Below, piece by piece: positions 1-10,836 of a stretch of DNA of 64,000 bases. This DNA is from Octopus sinensis (lineage: Eukaryota), in assembly GCF_006345805.1 (NCBI RefSeq), contig NC_042999.1:67704001-67768000 (forward strand), written 5' to 3'. Within the stretch, counting starts at the first letter, position 1. Every line of letters starts with the position of its first letter. Position numbers and translations under genes: made by a program. A model generated the notes under the pieces. The model worked only from the letters and a program-made list of their open reading frames with translations. It was not told the DNA's origin and made no database searches.

Positions 1-1187
1 GAAGAGCATCCAGCTGTAGAAACACTGCCAGATCAGACTGGAGCCTGGTGCAACCTTCTGACTTCCCAGATTCCGGTTGAACCATCCAACCCATGCTAGC
101 ATAGAAAACGGATGTTAAACGATGATGATGATGATGATACTACAGCCAATCATTAATCATAAGTGAGTGAAATTTAGTAACATGAATTATCATCATCATC
201 ATCGTTTAACATCCACTTTCCATGCTGCCATGGGCTGGACGGTTTGACTGAGGGCTGGCAAGCCAGAAGGCTGCACCGGACTCCAATCTGATCTGGCAAA
301 GTTTCTACAGCTGGATGCCTTTCCTAATGCCAACCACTCTGAGAGTGTAGTGGGTGCTTTTTACATGCCACTGACATGAGGGCCAGCTAGGTGGTACTGG
401 CATCGTTTTTCTAATTCTTTTAGGGGTCTATGTAGTCACAAACAGAAATAGATACCTTCTTAGCTCCTTAACCTGCCCTTAATCCTGCAGCACATCAAGG
501 ATGTGGCAGTTGGAGGGAGAGCGAGTGCATCAGTACATAGTTGGTACTCATTCACATCTGAGCATATTGTAGCAATATGAAGTGAAGTACCTTGCTCAAT
601 GATACAATCAACTGTCTAGTGCAAGAATTGAACTCATGACATTATGGATCATGAGTCAAATTCCCTATCTACTAAGCTATGTGCCTTAACCAGAGAATGA
701 TATTAAATATAAGCACCAACTTAATCTTTTAATTTTGAATGATTAATTCAGAAGTGGAAGCAAAGTGGCCAAAATTCTTTCCGGGGTTTCCAGTGTTGCT
801 GGGAGTGGGAAAGGAAGCCTGGTCTAAATATTTGCAACATCAGGAACACAGCTAAAGGCACCAAAGGATCAGGTAGGGATGTTAAACTAACATCCTGTGA
901 ACCCTTTGTGAATGATTTTTATCTAATGATGAATTAGAAAATAGAATTCCAGTTAGGCATCCAATTTTTCTCAGAACTTTGTCACTCTAGAAGGCATCCA
1001 GCAGTAGAAACTATGCTGAAGCAGATACTGGAGTGTTATGTGATCCTTAGACCCATCGCGTCCTGTCAAACTGTTTAACTCGTGCCAGGACAGGACAAGA
1101 ACACTAAATGATGATGAAGTCATTTCTCCAGAGGTTTAACTCATTAACAATCAGAAGCACAATAAAATATGTAATCACTATTACTCT

Positions 1188-1190
1188 TAC

Positions 1191-1229
<39 letters not shown>

Positions 1230-1400
1230 GGGAAGTGGTGGTAGTAGTACTAGTTGTGGTGGTTTTCATTGCAATAGTCACTATACCATCATTGAGCATC
1301 GGTGCCAGAAACATTGAACATCGAAAACATCATCAAAAAGTTTACAGTAGTAGTAGTAGTAGCAGCAGCAGTAGTAGTAGTAGTTGTAGTAGTAGTAGTA
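1188..1400. repeat. (AGT)n microsatellites
   Basis: Two AGT runs separated by unique sequence. Confidence 0.9.
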
Positions 1401-2405
1401 AGTATAGACCTCTATCAGCATCTTTTAGACAGCAGTTCACTTATTGGCAGTGAAGTTTACTGGTAACGTGTAGTTAGTCACGTGCACAAAGACCCAATTT
1501 TTGAGCACTCGTAAGGTGTAAAGTTGCATAGATGAATAAGAAAAAGAAGAAAAAAAAGGGGGGAAAGAAAAGCAACCCCCATCACCCAAAGAAAGCGACA
1601 AGATACTGTTTTGTTACGGAAGTAGGTGACTAAATGGTGTAGTCTTTTTGACTGTAGCTATGTTAGTAGTGTCAAAGTTAAATTGGTTCATTTTACCTAT
1701 TAAACAGAAATAGGAAGAAAAAACATAAAAATCAAAATCTTCCTTCTAACGTATTGATCTTTCAAACTGATATTGATTTTAACTGCCATAGATGACTCAC
1801 ATATCAAATTCAAAACACAAAAATAAAACTGAAGCTGTAACTGTTTCTGAAAGCACATGAAATTATTCTTAGATAGAAACAAGAGCCGGCAGTCAACTGG
1901 GGGTAAATCTAGAGTTAAAGTTTTTGTGTATACAGATATAAACAAAACTAGGATTAATGGAACTAAGCAAAGATTCTGAAGATGATAGTTGAATGGAAGT
2001 GTTTGGTAAAGTGTTCTCATTCTGCTATTGATGGTTGCTTCATGCTGTGACTGGTAATGGTAAATCTGCCAAATTAGGTAACCTAGCTGGAAATAGGAAC
2101 TACTTGTTCAATAGCTGAGTGGTTGCAGTTAAAGAACAGAGAAATTCAATTGGGAAATACATCTTCCACTAATTCTATGCAAAAAAAAAAAGCAGGAATT
2201 TTCAGAGAAAGTAGCTGATATATGTATATATGTTTGTGTGTGTGTGTGTGTGTGTGCAGACATATATTTATATCAATTTCAAAACTGGAAATGTATGTTT
2301 ACTAAATACATTTGTTTAAAGAATGTTTCTTTTAATGTTCAGAGAGTGATCTTCTGTGGATATGACTGCACAGCCATCAGACATACACACACTAACACAC
2401 ACACA

Positions 2406-2495
<90 letters not shown>

Positions 2496-2983
2496 TAGCA
2501 TGATCATTGCCAGCATTGCCTGACTGGCTCCTGTGCTGGTAGTACATAAAATACACCATTCCAGCGTGGTCGTTGCCAGGGCCACTGAACTGGCTCTTGT
2601 GCTGGTGGCACGTAAAACACCATTTGAGCATGGATGATGCCAGTACCGCTTGACTGGCTCTCATGTCGGTGGCACATAAAAAGCACCCACTACACTCTCG
2701 GAGTGGTTGGCATTAGGAAGGGCATCCAGCTATAGAAACATTGCCAAATCAGATTGGAGCCTGGTGCAGCCTTCTGGCTCACCAGCTCTCAGTCAAACTG
2801 TCCAACTCATGCCAGCATGGAAAGCAGATGCTAAACGATGATGATGATGATAGGCACAGGCTGTGTGATAAGCTTGCTGTCCAACCATATGGTTCCAGGT
2901 TTGGGCAAGTGTTCTCTACTATAGCCTTAGGCTGACCAAAGCCTTGTGAGTGGATTTTGTAGACATAAACTGAAAGAAACCAG

Positions 2984-3030
<47 letters not shown>

Positions 3031-3954
3031 TATATACATATATATATACATATATAAAATCGTTTTTAAGAAATAAACATAAATTCAGAGAAGCATACTC
3101 TAAGTAGAGCAGTCTGTATTAATTACTGGTGAAGGTCGGTTTATAGGGTTACCCTGGGTTTCTCACCATCAAGGATACCTTTATGGCATATCTTCAGACC
3201 CTAAGACCAATATATGCATGAGTGTGTGTGTGTGTGTGTGCATGCGCACGTGTGTGTATCTATGTGTATGTGTGTCTTTGTGTGTGTGTTTGTTCTCCAT
3301 CACCATTTGACAAGCGATACTGGTGTGTTTACATCCCCATAACTTAGTGGTTTGGCAAAAGGGACCGATAGATTAAGTACTAGGCTTAAAATAAAAAAGT
3401 CCTGAGGTGGGGGTTCAATTTGTTCAACTAAAATGTTTCACGGCAGTGCTCCAGCATGGCTGCAGTGAAATGACTGAAACAAGTAAAAAATTTTTAAATA
3501 TATATGTTCTTTTATTTGTTTTAGTCATTTGACTGCAGCCATGCTGGAGCACTGCCTTAAAGGATGTTTTTAGTTAAAGAAATTGACCCTGGGACTTATT
3601 CTTTGTAAGGCTAGTACTTATTCTATCGGTTTCATTTGCCAAACTGCTAAGTAACGGGTATGTAAACACATCAACATTGGTTGTCAAGTGACGGTGGGGG
3701 ATAAACACAGACACAAACACACACACACACACATATATACATGATGCGCTTCTTCCAGTTTCTGTCTACCAAACTCACTGACAAAGGCTTTGGTCAGCCC
3801 AAGGCTATAGTAGAAGACACTTGCCCAAGAAGCTATGGAGTGGCACTGAACCCAGAACCACATGGTGGGGAAGCAAGCTTCTTACCACACACCCACGCCT
3901 AAGATCATTAGCCACTACACACATTTTTTTCTCTCCTTGTTTTTTTCTATGTCC

Positions 3955-3990
3955 CTTTCTGTAGAAGAGCATAGGCTCGAAACATAAAAG
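3955..3990 (+). ncRNA. Minimal hammerhead-like motif, same family, within repeat 3901-4090
   Basis: CTTT-CTGTAGA-A-GAGC(atag)GCTC-GAAA-CA-TA-AAAG. Confidence 0.55.
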
Positions 3991-4749
3991 ACTTTTTCTA
4001 TTCCTGAGCGTTATACTAAAAATCTGTTTGTTTTGTACACCACCTGTCTTCGTCGTTTGTTTTTTTCGTAAACTCTCTCTCTCTCTATATATATATGTAT
4101 AGTGAGAATGAATTAGAAGTGGCTCTAATAATGGTAATGTTACTGATGTTATATACTGAATGTATGTGCTTTGTTTATACACTTACTGGTTGTGGCTTGT
4201 CCAGGGAAAAATCCCTTTAAAACACTGGGTGTTAAAAAAACATATTGAATAGGGACTTTTCCTCTGACATACAGTTAATAAGTGTACAAACAGAAAATAT
4301 ACATTAAATATCATATGTGACTGTTATGACGTGCGTATACACATCTGGTGTAAAATGGTATTACACAAATAAATACTTGGTTGTGGCTATCTAAATATAA
4401 CCTATCGCACAAATATATGTTAACACAGAATGCACTCTATACCATTCAAACATTGGTATGATACTCAGTATTCACTATAGAACCTCTGAACTGTTAAACC
4501 AACACACATCATACTAACATGGTAAACCAATGCAGTTGAACTAACAGCCACCAACCACCCTCTGTTGACAGTTTACTCAGTTCTTTCGGATAGTCCACCT
4601 TTAGTCACAGGGGGGTGTTCAGGATTCCCCCATAACAGTGACACTGATAATGCTTATATTGTTAAAGCTGCTTCTAATTCAAAATTGAATTTTGTTTTAC
4701 TTGTGTAGAGCTGTTGCACATCAGAAAATAAATTTTGTTCATGATTGAG

Positions 4750-5354
4750 AAGGCCTGGCAAGTAAAGTGAGATCACAGCCATAGCCTATACCAGTGTTGT
4801 ATAACCAGCTCATTTTAAAAGTACCCTTGAATCACCTGGCAATACGCTGCGCTTGAGAAGACCTATTGAGTCAAGTAGAATCAAAAGCAAATCAAGATCG
4901 AAATCAAAATGGAAATTGTAGTTGTGGCCGATGCCAGTGCCACTTCACTGGCACCCATGCCAGTGGAATGTAATAAGCACTGTTCAAGTGTGGGTCAATG
5001 CCAGTGCTACCTGATTGGCTTCCCATGCCAGTGGCATGTAAAAAGCACGATCCGAATGTGGTCGATGCCAGTCTCCCCACCATCCCGACTGGCTTCCGTG
5101 CCGGTGGCACATAAAAAACACCATCTGAACATGATTGATGCCAGTGCCGCCTGATTGGATCCAGTGTCCTTGACACATAAAAAGCACCCACTACACTCTC
5201 AGAGTGGTTGGCGTTATGAAGGGCATCCAGCTGTAGAAACCTTGCCAGATCAGATTGGAGCCTGGAGCAGCCTACTGGCTTGCGAGTCCTCCAATCAAAC
5301 TGTCCAACCCATGCCAGCATGGAAAACGGGCATTAAACAATGATGATGATGATG
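4750..5354 (+). mobile_element. Repeat family B ((GAT)n-tailed retroposon 3' end with internal 'gtgccaccggcac' subrepeats)
   Basis: Core gaagggcatccagctgtagaaac...gttaaac(gat)n recurs at 1-138, 187-410, 2500-2851, 6868-7372, 11121-11600, 16318-17040, 44940-45170, 54755-55052, 58095-58460, 58805-59270, 63392-63635. Confidence 0.75.
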
Positions 5355-6404
5355 TCTCTACCTCAGACCAGTAAAGTAAATTTGTTTCAAAGTGACTCAG
5401 GTATACAGTGTTGTCAACCTGAACTGATAGCAAACTATCGATTTCCACTATTCTGATCCACCTAGTTGGTGATTTGTTTTAACTGGTTTGAAGTATTCAG
5501 TGTTTTTTTTTTAACACTTGACATCTTAAAGGGCCTGTTGTCACGATGAATCCCATGACCAATAAACACGTAAATGAAACACATCCATTAAGTACTGTGA
5601 CGTCAGTAATATTTATATATTCACACGTATATATATATATATACACACACACATATGCGCACATAATGAACATTGATTAAATGTCTTCACGTTAGTATGA
5701 GTCACATGGAATTCATTCAGGGAGATTTCATACAACTGGACACTATTTCTGCCACTAACCCTCATCTGTTTCCAAGGAAGCTATTTTTTAGACGATGCCC
5801 CTTGTAGGAGAGAGACACTCACAACTATTGCATGATGTGAAGACAAGGAGACACACATGATATTTTTTGTGTGGCCCCTTTGGTCATGAATGACCATGGG
5901 ATTGCACATAGAAACTTACCCTCTGATGCACAAGTCTGGGCAAGGTTGTTTATGGAAGACCAGTAGTCGCTCAAGCATACCAGCCTTCCCTTGCTATGCC
6001 ACCAGTGTTATCCAAGGGAAAGGCAAAAGGGCCGATACAGCTTGGCACCAGTGATGTCACAGCTCATTTATTAATGTGCAAGTGGTTGAGCACTCCACAA
6101 ACACATGTACCCTTGATGTAGTTCTCGGGGAGATTCAGGGTGATACAGAGTGTGACAAGGCCGGTCCTTTGAAATACAGGTACAACAGAAACAGGAAGAA
6201 AGAGTGAGAGAATGTTGTGGTGAAAGAGTACAGCAGGGTTCGCCACCATTCCCTGCTGGAGCCTCATGGTGCTTTAGGCATTTTTGCTCAATAAACACTC
6301 ACAATGCTTGGTCTGGGAATCGAAACCTTGATCCTACAACTGCAAGTCCACTGCCCTAACCACTGAGCCATTGTGTCTCCACAAATATAATGTATAATAC
6401 ATAT

Positions 6405-6474
<70 letters not shown>

Positions 6475-7970
6475 ACATATGGCTCATGACCTAGTGGTTA
6501 GGCTGTTGCACTCTTAATCACTTGATTGTGGGTTCAATTCCCTGAATGGGCAGTGCATTGTGTTCTTGAGCAAAACACTTCATTTCCTGTTGATCCAGTA
6601 CCCCCATTCGATCAGAGGGAATGTTGGCTCATTTGAAGGCTAAAACAATGCAAAAAGTGCATTGTGGCCAGCGATGTGTAACAACATCTGCTAGCTTGGT
6701 CAGTCATGTGATCACACATGCACATGACAAGTTTCTTTCAGTCACTCTACCAAATCCCATTCACAAGAACTTGGTTAACCTGAAGTTTATAAAAGAAGGC
6801 TCTTACTCAAGATGCCATGAAGCTGAAACCATGTGGGTGGAATGCAAACTTCTTAACCACACGGCCATATCATCATCATCATCGTTTAACGTCTATTTTC
6901 CATGCTAGCACGGGTTGAACGATTCGACCGGGGTCTGGGAAGCCAGGAGGCTACACCAGGCTCCAGTCTGATCTGGCGGTGTTTCTACAGCTGGATGCCC
7001 TTCCCAACGCCAACCACTCCGTGAGTGTAGTGGGTGCTTTTTACATGCCACCGGCACAGAAGCCAGTCAAGGCAGCACTGGCATCAGCCACGTTCAGATG
7101 GTGCTTTGTACGTGCTACCGGCACAGGTATCACAACTACGATTTCCATTTGATATTTATTTTGATGTTGATGAACTTGACTCAATAGGTTTTCCTCAAGC
7201 ACAGCAGGTCATGTGCCACTGGCACAGAAGCCAGTCAAGGCGGCACTGGCACTGTTTGGATGGTTCTTTTTACATGCCACTGACACAGGTATCACAACTA
7301 CAATTTCCATTTGATATTTATTTTGATGTTGATGTACTTGACTCAATAGGTCTCCTCAAGCACAGCAGGTCACCCTATATATACAGACATATAGAAACTG
7401 GGAAGTTAAATGGAACGTGTAAGACTTGTGGACATGTATTTGCATGTATTGTGTGTGTGGGAGTGCGTGCATTTATATATATAGAGAGAGATAAATATAC
7501 ATATATTAATTTGTTCCAGATTAAAACTTTATTCTATTACAAAGACTCAAAATATTAACAGTATGGATGTAAGAATTTATGAAGTCTTGATAGGTGCAGG
7601 CATGGCAGTGTGATAAGAAGCTTGCTTCCCAACCACATGGTTCCAGGTTCAGTCCCACTGCAGGGTATCTTGGGCAAATGTCTTCTACTATAGTCTGAGG
7701 CTGACCAAAACCCTGTGAGTGGAATTTGTAGACGGAAACTAAAAGCCCATTGTGTGTGTGTGTGTCTTTGTGTCTGTGTTTGTCCCCCTCCCATCATTGC
7801 TTGACAACTGACGTTGGTTTGTCTACGTACCCACAACTTAGCAGTCTGGCAAAAGAGACTGATACAATAAGTACTAGGCTTACAACGAATAAGACACGGG
7901 GTCAATTTCTTTGACTAAAACCCTTCAAGGCAGTGCTCCAGCATGGCTGCAGTCAAATGACTGAAACATG

Positions 7971-8169
7971 TAAAAGGATAAAGAAGACAATAATCCCTAA
8001 ATGGCCCGGAAAAAGTTCCTATATGTTCCCAAAGATTCTGAAAAATGGTAAAAAACACAGATGCATCCAATAAAAGGATAGAGAAGACAATAATCCCTAA
8101 ATGGCCCCGAAAAAGTTCCTATATGTTCCCAAAAATTCTGAAAAATGGTAAAAACACAGATGCATCCAA
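7971..8169. repeat. Tandem duplication of a 100-bp unit
   Basis: 7971-8070 and 8071-8169 are nearly identical. Confidence 0.9.
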
Positions 8170-8207
8170 TCCTTTAATAAACACTGAAAAATATAAATGT
8201 AACTCAC

Positions 8208-8265
8208 CACAAGGAAGACAGCTGCATATGAAGTTAAACATGCATTCATCGAAGGAAATGAAGTT
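8208..8265 (-). CDS. PLPPR: PLPPR-like coding exon 5 (degenerate motif C2 + start of TM4)
   Basis: Acceptor ccctctctttccag, donor GTG|gtgagt, 58 nt, phase 2 to 0. Encodes (R)TSFPSMNACLTSYAAVFLV, aligning to the LPP 'RLSFPSGHSS' motif. Confidence 0.9.
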
Positions 8266-8559
8266 CTGGAAAGAGAGGGGGAAAGAATAAAAGATTTAAG
8301 TGAGGTTGGTTTCATTGTTATATTTGATGGCCAGCAGGAGCAGCATAACCACCATCTAACCATCTCTGTGATCAGAATTAGCAATGTTGCAGTACTTTAT
8401 GCTGAATGGTTAAATGCCAGTATGGTTCCATGGAAATCTGAGCTGGCTCAACCAAATAATGAAGCTTCTATGATAGAAATGTAAAATGTTATGAATGCAC
8501 TACATGAAAAAGCATTTCCTTTGAGATGGAATGGCTAAATGTTAGAAATGTTCCAGGAG

Positions 8560-8850
8560 GTGATTCTGCCGTCACACTTGAATGGTTTAGTGCTAGCAAG
8601 TTTCTGTATAACATGATTCTCTCTTCACAGTTGAATGACTAAATGATAGGGAGGTTTTATACATTATGACTCTTTTCACAGTTGAATGGTCCAGTGCTAA
8701 CAATGGTCTGTATAACGTGACTCTCCTTTCATGGTTCAATGATTAAGCATTAGCAAGGTTCTATATAATATGACTCTTTTCACAGTTGAATGGTTAAGTG
8801 CTAATGAGATACCATGACACAACTCATCATGTGGTTAAATGGCTAAGAGA
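8560..8850. repeat. Degenerate minisatellite, about 53-bp unit
   Basis: Units start at 8560, 8613, 8666, 8717, 8770 and 8814 (rtgaytct...cagttgaatgg...tgcta). Confidence 0.7.
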
Positions 8851-8885
8851 CCACAAGATACAAAACCAAAAAAGAATACACACAT

Positions 8886-9241
8886 TTAACAGTTTAACAT
8901 TTAAACAAACCATATCTGGATCAAATATTCTACCAGTTTTATGTTAAAACTGACCAGATCCAGCCTCTTATACCTACCCTACAATGTCATTCTAAAAATA
9001 AACAATCATCAAAATTTCACAGCTACAAAATAATTCATGGTTACAGTTCTATATTTAAGAGATGAGGAATTATGTACATTATTTACATTATTTAAATTTG
9101 ACGAATATTTGTCCTCATCTTGTTTGTTGTTAACACAACATTTCGGCTGATATACCCTCCAGCCTTCATCGGGTGTCTTGGAGAAATTTTGAACCTGGGT
9201 TCTCATTCCTAAGGTATTTTTTGATGTTATAATAATAATAA

Positions 9242-9295
<54 letters not shown>

Positions 9296-9512
9296 TCAAA
9301 AAATACCTTAAGAATGAGAACCCAGATTTGAAATTTCCCCAAGAACCCTGATGAAGGCTGGAAGGTATATCAACCGAACAGTTGTGTTAACAACAATCAA
9401 GATGAGGACAAATATTTGTCAAATGTAAATAATGTAAATAAATTCATGGTTAATTCAAATAAATGTAGCATTACATTAATTTGATAGAGTAATCTATGTA
9501 TTGAGGAGTTAA
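8886..9512. mobile_element. Degenerate TTAA-ended MITE-like repeat split by the palindromic insertion at 9044-9440
   Basis: ttaac...gttaa ends; the sequence is continuous across a 12-bp direct repeat (aattcatggtta) flanking the insertion. Confidence 0.45.
9044..9440. mobile_element. Palindromic Penelope-like terminal-repeat insertion with two hammerhead-like motifs
   Basis: About 152-bp inverted arms (9079-9230, 9290-9441) around (AAT)n; 12-bp direct repeat at 9032-9043 and 9441-9452. Confidence 0.75.
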
Positions 9513-9601
9513 TCAACTTCTAATAACAAATCCAGTGAAAAGAAAGCGACAGCACTTTCCATTCCATCAAAAGCTCAAACAGAACAATAGCAGCAGCAAC
9601 A

Positions 9602-9925
9602 GTGGAGGCACAATGGACCAATGGTTAGGGCAGCGAACTCGCGGTCGGACGATCGCGGTTTCGATTCCCAGACCGGGCGTTGCGTGTGTTTATTGAGCGA
9701 AAACACTCAAAACTCCAAGAGGCTCCGGCGGGGAGTGGTGGCGACCCCTGTTGTACTCTTTCACCCCAACTTTCTCTAACTCTTTCTTCCTGTTTCTTGT
9801 CCCCGGCTTCCTACGCAACCGCTGAGCCTGGATGCGCATTCATCCATCCATCGATTCTCTTGGTGTCGGGGGTTGACCTGCTTTCTCTTCTGCGGGTCTT
9901 ACGAATAGCAAAGGACCACGTTTTG
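9602..9925 (+). mobile_element. tRNA-derived SINE family D
   Basis: Head gtggaggcacaatggaccaatggttagggcagcg...ggtttcgattccc with A/B-box-like motifs. Other copies at 6065-6380(-), 28830-29015(-), 33170-33480, 44408-44712, 47890-48200. Confidence 0.8.
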
Positions 9926-10038
9926 AACTTTTCCCACTACAGAGGTGTGATCTTGCGAGCTCTGAGACGAACATCGCTTCACTCAACAGCAACAGCAGCA
10001 GTACAACAGATGTGAGAAATAAAATAAAGAGCACTTAC

Positions 10039-10225
10039 CGAGCATTGCGGAGGTGTAACATATTTTTGACCAGGCACAACTCATCTCCTCCACTTTGATT
10101 TTGCAAGAAGCACTTCGACCGATTTACTTGGCAGATATCAAGGAAATTCGGCCGTAAACGCCCCGTCATTAATTTGATGACATCTGTGAATACCATCAGT
10201 GCCATGGCACCGAAGAGAAAGACGC
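10039..10225 (-). CDS. PLPPR: PLPPR-like coding exon 4 (TM3 + PAP2 motif C1)
   Basis: Acceptor tctctctccattag, donor CG|gtaagt, 187 nt, phase 1 to 2. Encodes (G)VFLFGAMALMVFTDVIKLMTGRLRPNFLDICQVNRSKC...ELCLVKNMLHLRNA(R), containing K-x6-RP and N-glycosylation sequons NRS and NQS. Confidence 0.95.
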
Positions 10226-10361
10226 CTAATGGAGAGAGAGAACATAGATTACAATTATTAGGGCAATACTCTAACAACAAAACTCATGTAGTTAAGACAT
10301 CTAAAAATCATTAACATCAACACCTGGTTGAGCCTACTTTGATATTTTTCTTACAGTGTTA

Positions 10362-10433
10362 TCCTTGGTAGTATAGTGGTAAGTATTCCCACCTGTCACA
10401 CAGGAGACCGGGGTTCAATTCCCCGCCAGGGAG
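10362..10433 (+). pseudogene. trnD: tRNA-Asp(GTC) copy, probably a pseudogene (anticodon stem broken)
   Basis: TCCTTGGTAGTATAGTGGTAAGTATTCCCACCTGTCACACAGGAGACCGGGGTTCAATTCCCCGCCAGGGAG matches eukaryotic tRNA-Asp. Anticodon GTC at 10395-10397; TTTT at 10436-10439. Anticodon stem CCCAC/ACAGG has 3 mismatches. Confidence 0.85.
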
Positions 10434-10439
10434 GCTTTT

Positions 10440-10836
10440 AGGTGCAGGAGTGGCTGTGTGGTAAGTAGCTTGCTTACCAACCACATGGTTCCGGGTTCAT
10501 TCCCACTGTGTGGCACCTTGGGCAAGTGTCTTCTACTATAGCCTCAGGCCGACCAAAGCCTTGTGAGTGGATTTAGTAGGCGGAAACTGAAAGAAGCCCA
10601 TCGTATATATGTATATGTATATATATATGCGTGTGTGTGTGTTTGTCCCCCCCCCCCAACATCGCTTGACAACAAATGCTGGTGTGTTTACATCCCCGTA
10701 AATTAGCGGTTCGGCAAAAGAGATCGATAGAATAAGTACTAGGCTTACAAAGAATAAGTCCTGGGGTCGATTTGCTCAACTAAAGGTGGTGCTCTAGCAT
10801 GGCCGCAGTCAAATGACTGAAACAAGTAAAAGAGTA
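10440..10836 (+). mobile_element. SINE family A, full-length copy
   Basis: Head aggtgcaggagtggctgtgtggtaag, central (TA/TG)n, tail gaaacaagtaaaagag. Other copies at about 3505-3900(-), 7592-7980(+), 25420-25765(-), 30660-31090(-), 36430-36840(+), 38610-38990(-), 40930-41290(+), 51435-51900(-), 54052-54351(-), 55785-56165(-), 61170-61500(+). Confidence 0.8.

Noticed and set aside
1700-2020. Hydrophobic 106-aa minus-strand ORF as the missing 3' exon
   Set aside because: No SRxxxxxHxxxD-like motif and no suitably placed phase-0 acceptor.
4187-4224. 38-nt AG/GT-bounded segment as the next exon (CFKGIFPWTSHN)
   Set aside because: Does not resemble the expected TM4-TM5 continuation; no convincing C3/TM4-6 exon was found in 1-8207.
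8245-8256. A-to-I recoding restoring PSGH
   Set aside because: ATG AAT can only be edited to V and D/S/G; Gly-His cannot be produced.
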